From: Acinetobacter phage AM24 | Length of the DNA stretch: 64,000 nt | Reading direction: 5' to 3' (one strand) | Sequence record: KY000079.2 | Shown: piece by piece, positions 18,833 to 27,184 of the stretch | Numbering within the stretch: the first letter of the stretch is position 1 | How the letters are laid out: every line of letters starts with the position of its first letter | Made by a program: the position numbers and the translations under genes | The notes under the pieces: model-generated | What the model was told of the DNA's origin: nothing | Seen by the model: only the letters and a program-made list of their open reading frames with translations | Databases searched by the model: none

Positions 18833-19132
18833 ATGCGTAAAAGCAAAAAGAAATCTGGTAAAATTTCCTTCAGTATTGTTCCTAAAGAAGCTGTTCAGGC
18901 AAAACCTTTAAAAATAACATGTTCAGAGTGCTCCAGTCATAATGTAATTATTGATACTGGTGTGTGCTCTTTACCTAAAGGAAATAATCCAGAAAAACAA
19001 GTAATCCACCAGACCATTTGTCTCGATTGCAGTCATGTTGGTGGGGTTTGTCTGACCAGTGAACAAGTAGAACAACTCATTAGAGATGAGGAAGAGCTAA
19101 CTGAAGTGATGATTGTTGCTGGAAAACTTTAA
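18833..19132 (+). CDS. Cys-rich (zinc-finger-like) protein
   Basis: 99 aa. RBS AAGGAAGG. Contains several C-x2-C and CxxxC pairs. Confidence 0.4.
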   Translation: MRKSKKKSGKISFSIVPKEAVQAKPLKITCSECSSHNVIIDTGVCSLPKGNNPEKQVIHQTICLDCSHVGGVCLTSEQVEQLIRDEEELTEVMIVAGKL

Positions 19133-19142
19133 CATAATATAG

Positions 19143-19766
19143 GTGAATGGCATGTTAGTCTTTAAAACACTTGTCTTGGATTTCCTGACAGGTTTAGTTG
19201 GTTTTTTACTTAAAAACTGGAAGTTAGCCTTAATTGGTTTCTTGATTTTACTCTCAGTGCTTTATACCAGTCACCTTAAAGGTGAGTTAAAAGATGCTAA
19301 AAATGATTTGGATGCTCAAAAGGCATACCATAATGCATACGTACAGGCATATGAAAAGGAATTCCAGAAGAGATATGCAGAGGTCTTGCACACAAACAAA
19401 AGATTAGTAAAAGATTTGGAGGAAGTCAATGGACAAATTGAAAGGAAAAATCAAGAAGTTGAAGCTACTTATACCTATAACCGTGCTCTTCTTGATGAGC
19501 TTACTCGCAGGTTGTCAAAGCAGCAAAGTTCAGGAACCAAAGGTGGGAACGGTTCCAATACCAGTTTACCAACTACCAGAACTTCAGAACAAACATCCAC
19601 AAGCAGATCATTCATCGAATGTGCAGAAGAGCTTACAGAAGTGGCTAGACAAGCCGACTCCTTAGCAATTGATCTTCAAGCGGTTATCCAAAGTCATAAC
19701 AATTATTTAACAGAGATAGAGATTTTAAATAGTGGAAATTCCAAGGAATTAGATAAGAGGGATTAA
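19143..19766 (+). CDS. i-spanin (Rz-like)
   Basis: 207 aa with an N-terminal TM segment, then predicted coiled coil. It contains an embedded +1-frame lipoprotein ORF. Confidence 0.5.
   Translation: MNGMLVFKTLVLDFLTGLVGFLLKNWKLALIGFLILLSVLYTSHLKGELKDAKNDLDAQKAYHNAYVQAYEKEFQKRYAEVLHTNKRLVKDLEEVNGQIERKNQEVEATYTYNRALLDELTRRLSKQQSSGTKGGNGSNTSLPTTRTSEQTSTSRSFIECAEELTEVARQADSLAIDLQAVIQSHNNYLTEIEILNSGNSKELDKRD
19429..19665 (+). CDS. o-spanin (Rz1-like lipoprotein) embedded in +1 frame
   Basis: Signal peptide ending in the lipobox LLAGC. The mature part is short and Pro-rich (VGTVPIPVYQLPELQ). Lies entirely inside 19143..19766. Confidence 0.5.
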   Translation: MDKLKGKIKKLKLLIPITVLFLMSLLAGCQSSKVQEPKVGTVPIPVYQLPELQNKHPQADHSSNVQKSLQKWLDKPTP

Positions 19767-19769
19767 GTA

Positions 19770-22316
19770 ATGGCTGATGTATTAGTCACAGGTATTAAAA
19801 TTGGGGATATGCCCCTTAAAGGTACTGTTTCAGGGGATGAAAAGTTACCTACAGGAGATGTGGGAGATTTAGCTGTTACTCCTAATCAAATTAAAAAGTA
19901 TACGATTGAAACAGGTAATTTAGTTACAGGAACTCAGCTTGATGATGCTATTAAGTCAGTGGAGCAAACATCATCAGTGCTTGTTGGAAGAGTGCAGACG
20001 CTAGAAGATAGAACTTCTTATGTAGATAATACATCTGATCTTGATAAGCCTATCAGCAACGCCACACAAACTGCTTTGAATGCTAAGGCAGATAAGGTAG
20101 ATGTAGACGCAAAGTTAGATCTCAAAGCTGACAAAGATAAAGTAGTTTCTTCTTTTAATGGTCAAACTGGTGCAGTTACACTAGATCAATCCGATCTTGT
20201 TGATGTTGGTGGTAATTTCACTGCAACACCAATTTTTCAAAACGTACCTAAATTAACAAAACCTGATGGTAGCTCTATACCAGAGATTGATTCTCAAATT
20301 CAACCATTAGTAAATAGTCTAGCAGTCCATAGACAAGGATTAACGCCGACATTTGATCAAGATTACGCTGCATCTATTGGTGGCTATCCATTAAATGCGC
20401 GCATTATGCTTGATAATGGGGATATTGCTCGCTCTACCGTTGCGAATAACACTAACAACCCAAATGTCGATATGACTGGATGGGAGGTTAAACTACCTGC
20501 TGACTTGATTAAGGACTCTAGTGGAAAATCTCAACAAGAGGTAAATAATAGCCTTAAATTAAAGACTTTTGATGATCTAAGAAACTTTAAGCCAATAGTG
20601 AACGGTCAAACGGTTTATGTTGGGCAAAGAAGCAACACATATTTGCAAGGTGGTGGACTTTTTTATGCTGATACATCTGATACCACTAGCTTAGATAATG
20701 ATGGGACAATTCTAGTTGGTATTGATGGCACAAGATGGAAGAGAAAATGGAATACTCACGCAGACCCTTGCTGGTTTGGTGCTGATTATACAGGTACGGA
20801 GGATTGTTCTGCCCAAGTACAGAAAGCAGTTGATGTATCATATGGACGCGTTTGGTTTGGAAATGCTGATCGAAGTTTCAAAATGATGACACCTGTTGGA
20901 CTGCCAACTAATAGTATCGTTGGCGACATGCTAATGGAAATCTGCGGAGATGGGGCTAGGGTTTGGGTTTACTCAAATACAGGAATTTTTACATCAAAGA
21001 GATCAATAGGGTTAGAAACATCAACCGATGACCTATATACAGCAGCTCTTGAGATCGGGCGTGGTTTGAGATTTCAGGGTGATGGAGTAAGTCAGTCAGT
21101 CGTTGTTAATGGTGATCGTCTTTATAACGTTAATATGAAAGGTGGTCGATATTTGCGAATATCAGCACTAGTTAGAGCAACACAGCCACGCAGGAATGAA
21201 ACAACAGGATACGTACAATCCGTGACGATTGAGGAAAATCATCTAGCCCTTTGTAATCGTATCATTGATTCTAAGCGCGGATTTAATGTCACAGTTAGTC
21301 GAAATTTTTGTGAGTCGTGCTATGGAGGTGTTTACTTAGATGGTGATGGTAGTCCAGCAGTAAACGTTATTCGTTGTGATGGGAATCTATGGGAGTCTAG
21401 CGGGGTATTTGCAAAACTTGGTGCTGTTTACGCTGGCACATTTATTGGAAACTATTTTGAAGGGAATAATACTGGTGATTTACCCACACTTAAATGTCTT
21501 ATTGAGTTGGGAAAAACTGGAACAACTGGGTATTCAAGTGGAGTAACATTTATTGGTAATCAGTTTGGTGCTGCTGCTGCTTACAAGGCAGATGTTAATT
21601 ATGCTGATGTTAAGTTTACTGCATCATTAAGCGGAACTAATTTAGATGTGTTGGCGCCACCGACTTTTGTTGGGAACTGGACAAATGCATATAGAATGTG
21701 GTCGGAAGGTCAAGTAGTTACACAATTCGGCAACGCATTTAGTGGTGGTAATGCGCGAAGACATCAAGCACCAAAATTACACACAGAAGCCAGAGTCACT
21801 TTTGATCTATCTCGAAAGGAATTTTTAAGCTCTACGAACTTGGTTGGCGGTGTTCATACAGTTGCAGAAATAGATACAAATTTAATATCGAATCTAGCAA
21901 GCCAATCATCTAGGGCTTGTACAGCCGATATGAATATATTCATGCAAATGAAGACTGCAAGTAACGTTGTTTTGGGTGCTGCGGTTGCTAAGGTTTCTCT
22001 AGTAGTGCAAGGTTCAGAGGGTATCGGTACTGGAGCAACAACAGATGTTTATGTTGCAGCATCTCTAACTGGATTCACTCAATTGGAAGGTGGAGTTATT
22101 GATACAGTTAACAATGTTAGCTTGTTCAAGCATTTTACATCACCAGTTTTAACAATTGAGCGAGTAGGTACAAAATACTTATTAAAATTGTCTGGCTATG
22201 TTGCAGCAAGTGGTTCTCTGTATGGAGCAACGGCTAAAGTTTTTTCAAGTACAACCATGACTATTTACTCGTTAAATAGCGGTGCTTCAGTAGCTGGTCA
22301 AATATATCCAACCTAA
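19770..22316 (+). CDS. tail fibre/tailspike protein
   Basis: 848 aa. The N-terminal 45 aa match the small ORF at 53308. The body is Gly/Asn/Thr-rich and beta-rich, typical of receptor-binding fibres. Confidence 0.6.
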   Translation: MADVLVTGIKIGDMPLKGTVSGDEKLPTGDVGDLAVTPNQIKKYTIETGNLVTGTQLDDAIKSVEQTSSVLVGRVQTLEDRTSYVDNTSDLDKPISNATQTALNAKADKVDVDAKLDLKADKDKVVSSFNGQTGAVTLDQSDLVDVGGNFTATPIFQNVPKLTKPDGSSIPEIDSQIQPLVNSLAVHRQGLTPTFDQDYAASIGGYPLNARIMLDNGDIARSTVANNTNNPNVDMTGWEVKLPADLIKDSSGKSQQEVNNSLKLKTFDDLRNFKPIVNGQTVYVGQRSNTYLQGGGLFYADTSDTTSLDNDGTILVGIDGTRWKRKWNTHADPCWFGADYTGTEDCSAQVQKAVDVSYGRVWFGNADRSFKMMTPVGLPTNSIVGDMLMEICGDGARVWVYSNTGIFTSKRSIGLETSTDDLYTAALEIGRGLRFQGDGVSQSVVVNGDRLYNVNMKGGRYLRISALVRATQPRRNETTGYVQSVTIEENHLALCNRIIDSKRGFNVTVSRNFCESCYGGVYLDGDGSPAVNVIRCDGNLWESSGVFAKLGAVYAGTFIGNYFEGNNTGDLPTLKCLIELGKTGTTGYSSGVTFIGNQFGAAAAYKADVNYADVKFTASLSGTNLDVLAPPTFVGNWTNAYRMWSEGQVVTQFGNAFSGGNARRHQAPKLHTEARVTFDLSRKEFLSSTNLVGGVHTVAEIDTNLISNLASQSSRACTADMNIFMQMKTASNVVLGAAVAKVSLVVQGSEGIGTGATTDVYVAASLTGFTQLEGGVIDTVNNVSLFKHFTSPVLTIERVGTKYLLKLSGYVAASGSLYGATAKVFSSTTMTIYSLNSGASVAGQIYPT

Positions 22317-22318
22317 CT

Positions 22319-22340
22319 AAACCCCTTCGGGGGGTTTTTG
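22319..22340 (+). terminator. rho-independent terminator
   Basis: CCCC-uucg-GGGG hairpin with a UUCG tetraloop, followed by T5. Confidence 0.6.
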
Positions 22341-22557
22341 CTATTATAAGTAAAACTTATATAGGATGAATCCATAGCGGATTTTGTTAAGTTGCTCCAG
22401 TCACCGCGCTAGTACCTTCTGGCAAGCCGTTAGCTGAACGAATTATTAGCTGGATTGTTGGTGTTATCTTGTGTGCAGCACTTTCAACACCAATGGTTTT
22501 GTACCACTCCTCTAGACAATTTGACAAACTAACTTTCTGTGATAAAATGAATAGTTT

Positions 22558-22962
22558 TTGATCAAGGAGTTAGTTTTGTCTAGTTTAATGTGTATGGCAT
22601 TGGTTATCTTTTCAGAAGCTCGTGGTGAGCCACTTAAAGGTAAACAAGCTGTTGCAGAAGTGGTAGCAACACGATCTATTGAATGGAACAAAGATGTATG
22701 TGGTGTGATATACCAGAAGGGTCAATTTACAGGAATTAGAAATGTAAAGCCACCTAGAGAGGGGACACCAGCACGAAAAGAATGGGAAGACTGTCATGCA
22801 ATTGCCAAAAAGTATGTTCATGATGAGAAAGCCGTTACAGAATATAAAGTAAAAAGACCTACAAACTTTACCAATAGGGCACTCTACTTCAATCGAGGTA
22901 GTAGTTGCTCTAACGGTAATTATAAGATAACCAAGATAGGAAATCATGTTTTTTGTAGGTGA
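22558..22962 (+). CDS. cell-wall hydrolase, SleB/CwlJ-like (Hydrolase_2 family)
   Basis: N-terminal hydrophobic signal-like segment, then EARGE...GK.AVAEVVATR, which is characteristic of the SleB family. The start is uncertain: TTG 22558, TTG 22576 (AAGGAG 6 nt upstream) or ATG 22588. Confidence 0.55.
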   Translation: MIKELVLSSLMCMALVIFSEARGEPLKGKQAVAEVVATRSIEWNKDVCGVIYQKGQFTGIRNVKPPREGTPARKEWEDCHAIAKKYVHDEKAVTEYKVKRPTNFTNRALYFNRGSSCSNGNYKITKIGNHVFCR

Positions 22963-23282
22963 CAAGGAGGTTATGTATGTCAAAAGAATCAATAAAAATT
23001 GATTTATTCAAAGGTGAAATTAAAGGGTCTTATTCTTTCACTGTTAAATTCCAAAGTGGTGAGATGTATACACAAACAATGCAGACATTTCCAAGTTTAG
23101 CTAAGAATGTTCTTGATTCTTATAAACATATGAGAGGAAGCCTTGAGGGAATTTCTGATGAAGATTTTATATCTTGTATTAGGCTTATAGATCAAGGTTT
23201 ACCTGAAAGAAAGCATGAACAAATAAACTATAATGGAAAAACCCTTTCTCTCTGCATTCAAAATATCGACAGTGGAGGTTAA
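22959..23282 (+). CDS. hypothetical protein
   Basis: 107 aa. RBS GGAGG. Overlaps the upstream stop. Confidence 0.4.
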   Translation: MTRRLCMSKESIKIDLFKGEIKGSYSFTVKFQSGEMYTQTMQTFPSLAKNVLDSYKHMRGSLEGISDEDFISCIRLIDQGLPERKHEQINYNGKTLSLCIQNIDSGG

Positions 23283-23284
23283 GT

Positions 23285-23800
23285 ATGTCACAGGAACGTG
23301 AAGACTTAGAAGTTTCTTCTCAAGATACTCCAATTGGCTCTGAGTTAATGACTAATGCCCAGAAAAAACTCAAAGAAGCCCAAAAGAAAAGAGTATCTTT
23401 AGAAAAAATTATTGCTTTAACAGACGATGCTATGATTGACTCAATTCAATACATGCACCAAACAGTAAATAATCCTAAAGTAAGTCCAAATGCTCGTGTT
23501 GTTTGTGCGAATAACTTGGTTGCAATCAACCTTAAAGCTAAAAAACAACTTACAGAAGAAAAAATGGCTGAACAAATGTACAGACATAAGGAACTTGTTA
23601 TCCGTGCTGAAGCTATGAAGATTGCCCAATTGGCTGGTATAGGTCAAGAAGGTGGGGGATATGCTTCAGAAAGAACTGGGACTTTACAATTAGAATATGT
23701 AGAGAATCCAGAATATGCCGATGTTCCTACAGACCCAACATTAGCTGATGGATATGTTCCTGAATCTGGTGAAGGTCTGGGTGAGTATGAGGTTACTTAA
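23285..23800 (+). CDS. hypothetical protein (possible small terminase candidate)
   Basis: 171 aa, helical with an acidic C-terminus. No recognisable terS gene lies next to the large terminase, so this is a speculative candidate. Confidence 0.35.
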   Translation: MSQEREDLEVSSQDTPIGSELMTNAQKKLKEAQKKRVSLEKIIALTDDAMIDSIQYMHQTVNNPKVSPNARVVCANNLVAINLKAKKQLTEEKMAEQMYRHKELVIRAEAMKIAQLAGIGQEGGGYASERTGTLQLEYVENPEYADVPTDPTLADGYVPESGEGLGEYEVT

Positions 23801-23984
23801 TGATTATTTTTTAATCAATCAACACTTATTTTCACTATTTTTAAAATTATTTTTAAAATTTATTGGTTTTAGGTGTTGACATTAATAAAATATCTGGTAA
23901 TCTTAATTACATAAGCAGATTTGACATGAGATGCTTGTTTCCTTTTAGATAACCAATGACTTAAATTACCATTGGTTATCTTTT

Positions 23985-24066
23985 GTAGTAGTGCCCGAGT
24001 GGTCGAAGGGGGTGGACTGTAAATTCACTATATCACACGTTGGTTCGAATCCAACCTGCTACACCA
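23985..24066 (+). tRNA. tRNA-Tyr (anticodon GTA)
   Basis: Hand-folded cloverleaf: acceptor GTAGTAG/CTGCTAC, anticodon loop CTGTAAA, long variable arm, T-loop TTCGAAT, encoded CCA. Confidence 0.6.
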
Positions 24067-24520
24067 CAATGGTGGAAATTTTAGAGAGTGAATAACGCTG
24101 TGTGCCTATATGGTGCTACGGATACCAAGTCCAACTCTTATTCACTCTACTAAAGTTTAAGCATATTAGCGAAAGGCAAAACTCGAAAGAGATATTACGC
24201 TATGAGAAAGGGAACAATGAAATGCCGAACCTTCTCCCCTACTTGCAATGCGGTATTAGCGTCAAGTCAAAATGACAAAGTGCAAGATTGTAGACTGACT
24301 GCTAGGAAAGACTAGTAAATTTAGAGAAGTGAATGCTAAAAGCTAACCAGACCGAGAAGGGCACAAGCTGCTAGATATAAACTGGAGTTCACTTCATCTA
24401 AGTTTATGCGGAGACCTGATCGGTGTATTGAAGCAAGTGACTAGTTAAACTTGTGGATAGAGAGTGGTTTGAATCCACGTGACCCCGCTCCAAAATTTTA
24501 CTCGTTATATAGTACCTTAG

Positions 24521-24595
24521 TTCAGTGGTAGAACGCAGAACTGATAATTCTGAGGTCGATGGTTCGAAACCATCAGGTACTACCAAAATTTAATT
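24521..24595 (+). tRNA. tRNA-Ile (anticodon GAT)
   Basis: Acceptor AGTACCT/AGGTACT, D stem GTTC/GAAC, anticodon loop CTGATAA, T-loop TTCGAAA, CCA. Confidence 0.7.
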
Positions 24596-24726
24596 GAAAG
24601 ATTTATTTAAGATGTACTCTCTATTTGTCAAATTAACATCAAGTGTAATCTTACGCCACTGGTACGGCAATACCATAAGATTACATCTTAAATAGATTTT
24701 ATAGCTATTTTAAAAGTTTATTCAGG

Positions 24727-24798
24727 TCTAGTGTAGCACAACGGTAGTGCAGCAGATTGTTAATCTGTTGGTTGTTGGTTCGAATCCAGCCTCTAGAG
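24727..24798 (+). tRNA. tRNA-Asn (anticodon GTT)
   Basis: D stem GCAC/GTGC, anticodon stem GCAGA/TCTGT with loop TTGTTAA, T arm GTTGG-TTCGAAT-CCAGC. One acceptor mismatch and no encoded CCA. Confidence 0.5.
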
Positions 24799-25590
24799 CC
24801 TGAGTAAATTTTTGATGATTTGCATGAGTGTAACTGATATGGTTGTAAGTCATCAAATTAAATATTACCCTTCGGGGTATGGGTCGTGTATAACCCTTAG
24901 ATAAACTGCAAAACAGTATAAAGTCGTAACGGCAGTTATGGCGCAGAGTAAAATCTGTCAAGTACACACTCAAGGTATCATACTTATGTGGCGTAGAGCC
25001 AATCGGTGTAAACCATTTAAGTATGGGAGTGTAATGCTCCTGAGTCGATAGACAATAAGAGAACTTGAAGGTATCTAGCGAAGTTGATTGTCAAGTCAAA
25101 ACGCTGTTTACCATTGTGAGAGGTGTATAGAGTTTAACAGGTGGTGCTGAATCTCGTAGTCCTAAACCAAGTGGACAATATATGCTTGAAACATCGTGCA
25201 TGGTAAAGCACATTAGGTAGTGTGGTATTGATGGGTTCAAAAGATCTGTTAGCCACAGAGAAACCACTATCTATGCGAAAACAAATTTCAAGTTTAGGAA
25301 AAATTTAAAATTCAAAAGCGTTTCTCACGTTGGCATGAAAGGTGCTTACATAGTAATGGGTTGTCCATTTCACATTTAACCCGAAAGGTTACTTGTATTT
25401 TCATGAAAGGATTATGTTTGGTAGGCATACTAGCATAGTTTGAGTATTGGGAGAGTAATTCCAACGTCTAAGAGTGGTTAGCTATACTGACCAGCACTGA
25501 TCACTACTATATAAAGTATAGTGGATAATGAGGGAAAAATAATCCTCTCAAGGTGGTCATTTAAACGTGTAATCTCAGCGTTTTACTTGT

Positions 25591-25666
25591 GGCTCTGTAG
25601 CATAGTGGATTATGCGACTCCCTGTCTAGGAGAAAAACGCCAGTTCGAGTCTGGTCAGAGTCGCCA
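25591..25666 (+). tRNA. tRNA-Asp (anticodon GTC), tentative
   Basis: 76 nt. Acceptor GGCTCTG/CAGAGTC, D stem GCAT/ATGC, anticodon loop CTGTCTA, T arm GCCAG-TTCGAGT-CTGGT, CCA. The atypical T at position 37 lowers confidence. Confidence 0.45.
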
Positions 25667-25670
25667 ATAT

Positions 25671-25745
25671 TGTCGTATGGTGTAATGGTTAGCACAGAAG
25701 ACTTTGACTCTTCTAGTTTAGGTTCGAGTCCTAATTCGACTGCCA
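25671..25745 (+). tRNA. tRNA-Gln (anticodon TTG)
   Basis: Anticodon stem GAAGA/TCTTC with loop CTTTGAC, T arm TTAGG-TTCGAGT-CCTAA, CCA. Two acceptor mismatches. Confidence 0.5.
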
Positions 25746-25748
25746 AAT

Positions 25749-25824
25749 GGGTCACTAGCACAATGGTAGTGCAGTTGCTTTGCAAGCATCAGGTTAAGGG
25801 TTCGAGTCCCTTGTGTATCCACCA
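25749..25824 (+). tRNA. tRNA-Ala (anticodon TGC), tentative
   Basis: D stem GCAC/GTGC, anticodon loop TTTGCAA, T arm AAGGG-TTCGAGT-CCCTT. The acceptor stem pairs poorly, so it may be a pseudogene. Confidence 0.35.
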
Positions 25825-25826
25825 AT

Positions 25827-25901
25827 ATTCCTATCGAACAATGGTTAGTTCGCTGGACTTTCACTCCAGAAATCTCGGTTCAAATCCGTGTAGGAATACC
25901 A
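25827..25901 (+). tRNA. tRNA-Glu (anticodon TTC)
   Basis: Perfect acceptor ATTCCTA/TAGGAAT, D stem GAAC/GTTC, anticodon stem CTGGA/TCCAG with loop CTTTCAC, T-loop TTCAAAT, CCA. Confidence 0.7.
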
Positions 25902-25903
25902 AT

Positions 25904-25980
25904 AGGACGTTAGCTCAGTTGGTTAGAGCAAGAGCCTTTTAAGTTCGAGGTCATAGGTTCAAATCCTATACGTCCTACCA
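25904..25980 (+). tRNA. tRNA-Lys (anticodon TTT)
   Basis: Acceptor AGGACGT/ACGTCCT, D stem GCTC/GAGC, anticodon loop CTTTTAA, T arm ATAGG-TTCAAAT-CCTAT, CCA. Confidence 0.7.
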
Positions 25981-25995
25981 AATTTTGGAGTTTTT

Positions 25996-26349
25996 ATGTC
26001 AAAAAAGTTGAAACAGTTAGGTATGAGTCCTAGTACTGCACAGGGGCGATTAGTTAAAGATCTTCTTTGGGATTTTGTGGTTCGTACTGGTCAAGATAAA
26101 TGTCATCATTGTGGTGAATTGATGTGTAGGGAGACTTTCTCTATAGAACACAAGACACCTTGGTTGGACAGTGACACACCAAAAGAAACTTATTTTGATT
26201 TAAGTAATATCAGTTTTAGTCATTTGAGTTGTAACTGTCGTGCAGCCAGAAGAGGAAAATATTCTACTGACGAAGAGCGTATTGAGGCTAGAAGAAAGTC
26301 TAATCGTGAAAGTAAACGTAGGATGAAGTTAAAAGCACAAGTAGCTTAG
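25996..26349 (+). CDS. HNH homing endonuclease
   Basis: 117 aa. RBS TGGAG. Motif CHHCGE...FSIEHKTPW (HNH with Cys ligands) and a basic C-terminal tail. Embedded in the tRNA array. Confidence 0.6.
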   Translation: MSKKLKQLGMSPSTAQGRLVKDLLWDFVVRTGQDKCHHCGELMCRETFSIEHKTPWLDSDTPKETYFDLSNISFSHLSCNCRAARRGKYSTDEERIEARRKSNRESKRRMKLKAQVA

Positions 26350-26437
26350 ATGGATTAGCGTAACCCTGAAAAGGTTGAGAGGTTGGATCGTTACCAACAT
26401 TGTGCACCAAATTTTTAAAAGAGAGATTATTTTAGGA

Positions 26438-26513
26438 TTACCATAACCTAAAGGCTCGAAGGGGCGGTCTGCAACATCGTTGTTAGTGAGTTGAAGTCTC
26501 ACATGGTAATCCA
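26438..26513 (+). tRNA. tRNA-Cys (anticodon GCA)
   Basis: Acceptor TTACCAT/ATGGTAA, anticodon stem GCGGT/ATCGT with loop CTGCAAC, T arm GTGAG-TTGAAGT-CTCAC, CCA. Confidence 0.55.
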
Positions 26514-26526
26514 AAGTGATTTTTAT

Positions 26527-26614
26527 AGAGGTTAAACCAGATAGGTTCTGGGACACCCTGCTAAGGTGATCGTGTTAGAAATAGCATTCGGATCGAGACC
26601 GATGGCCTCTGCCA
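26527..26614 (+). tRNA. tRNA-Ser (anticodon GCT)
   Basis: 88 nt, class II. Anticodon loop CTGCTAA, long variable arm, 4-bp T stem with loop ATCGAGA, acceptor AGAGGTT/GGCCTCT, CCA. Confidence 0.5.
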
Positions 26615-26619
26615 AGTTT

Positions 26620-26695
26620 GATTCCTTAGCTCAATTGGTAGAGCATTTCCCTTACAAGGAAGAGGTCGTAGGTTCGAAACCTACAGGAATCACCA
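26620..26695 (+). tRNA. tRNA-Val (anticodon TAC)
   Basis: Acceptor GATTCCT/AGGAATC, D stem GCTC/GAGC, anticodon loop CTTACAA, T arm GTAGG-TTCGAAA-CCTAC, CCA. Confidence 0.7.
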
Positions 26696-26698
26696 AAT

Positions 26699-26789
26699 GG
26701 AGGAATAATCCGAGTTGGCCTAACGGATGCTGTCTTGAAAACAGTTAGGTGTAATAGCCGTGTGAGTTCGAGTCTCACTTTCTCCGCCA
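26699..26789 (+). tRNA. tRNA-Ser (anticodon TGA)
   Basis: 91 nt, class II. Anticodon stem GCTGT/ACAGT with loop CTTGAAA, 16-nt variable arm, T arm GTGAG-TTCGAGT-CTCAC, acceptor GGAGGAA/TTTCTCC, CCA. Confidence 0.6.
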
Positions 26790-26790
26790 A

Positions 26791-26864
26791 GCGTCTATAG
26801 TGTAGTGGTAACACCCTGTACTTCCAATTCAGTATCTTCGGTTCGAATCCGAATGGACGCTCCA
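26791..26864 (+). tRNA. tRNA-Gly (anticodon TCC)
   Basis: Acceptor GCGTCTA/TGGACGC, anticodon loop CTTCCAA, T arm TTCGG-TTCGAAT-CCGAA, CCA. Confidence 0.6.
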
Positions 26865-27018
26865 GATTATGTTAATGGACACTTCCTAAGGTTCTTTCTA
26901 CAGGTTCGAAACTGTTTTAAGAATTGCTGGTGCTAGGTTTAGCGTCAAGAATCATTCGAAGGGTTCTTGGGGTGGTGAGTTCGATTCTCACAGTGTTCCT
27001 CCCGATTTTAAAGTTTAT

Positions 27019-27095
27019 CTCTGTGTAGCTCAGTTTGGTAGAGCACTCGCTTTGGGAGTGAGGGGTCGTAAGTTCAATTCTTACTACAGAGACCA
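27019..27095 (+). tRNA. tRNA-Pro (anticodon TGG)
   Basis: Acceptor CTCTGTG/TACAGAG, D stem GCTC/GAGC, anticodon stem CTCGC/GTGAG with loop TTTGGGA, T arm GTAAG-TTCAATT-CTTAC, CCA. Confidence 0.65.
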
Positions 27096-27101
27096 ATTGT
27101 T

Positions 27102-27178
27102 GGGTAGTTGAAGGGAATGGCATACCTTTCACGCTTAGAACGTGAAGTTTCTGAGTTCGAGTCTCAGACTACCTACCA
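27102..27178 (+). tRNA. tRNA with anticodon TAG (Leu-decoding) but short variable arm
   Basis: Good cloverleaf: anticodon stem TCACG/CGTGA with loop CTTAGAA, T arm CTGAG-TTCGAGT-CTCAG, CCA. It has a 5-nt variable arm, whereas bacterial Leu tRNAs are class II. Confidence 0.5.
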
Positions 27179-27184
27179 AATTCT

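Noticed and set aside
26432-26452. GGATTACCATAACCTAAAGG, initially counted as another copy of the GGATAACCTAAAGG intergenic motif.
   Set aside because: It is the 5' half (acceptor and D arm) of tRNA-Cys, not an intergenic regulatory site.
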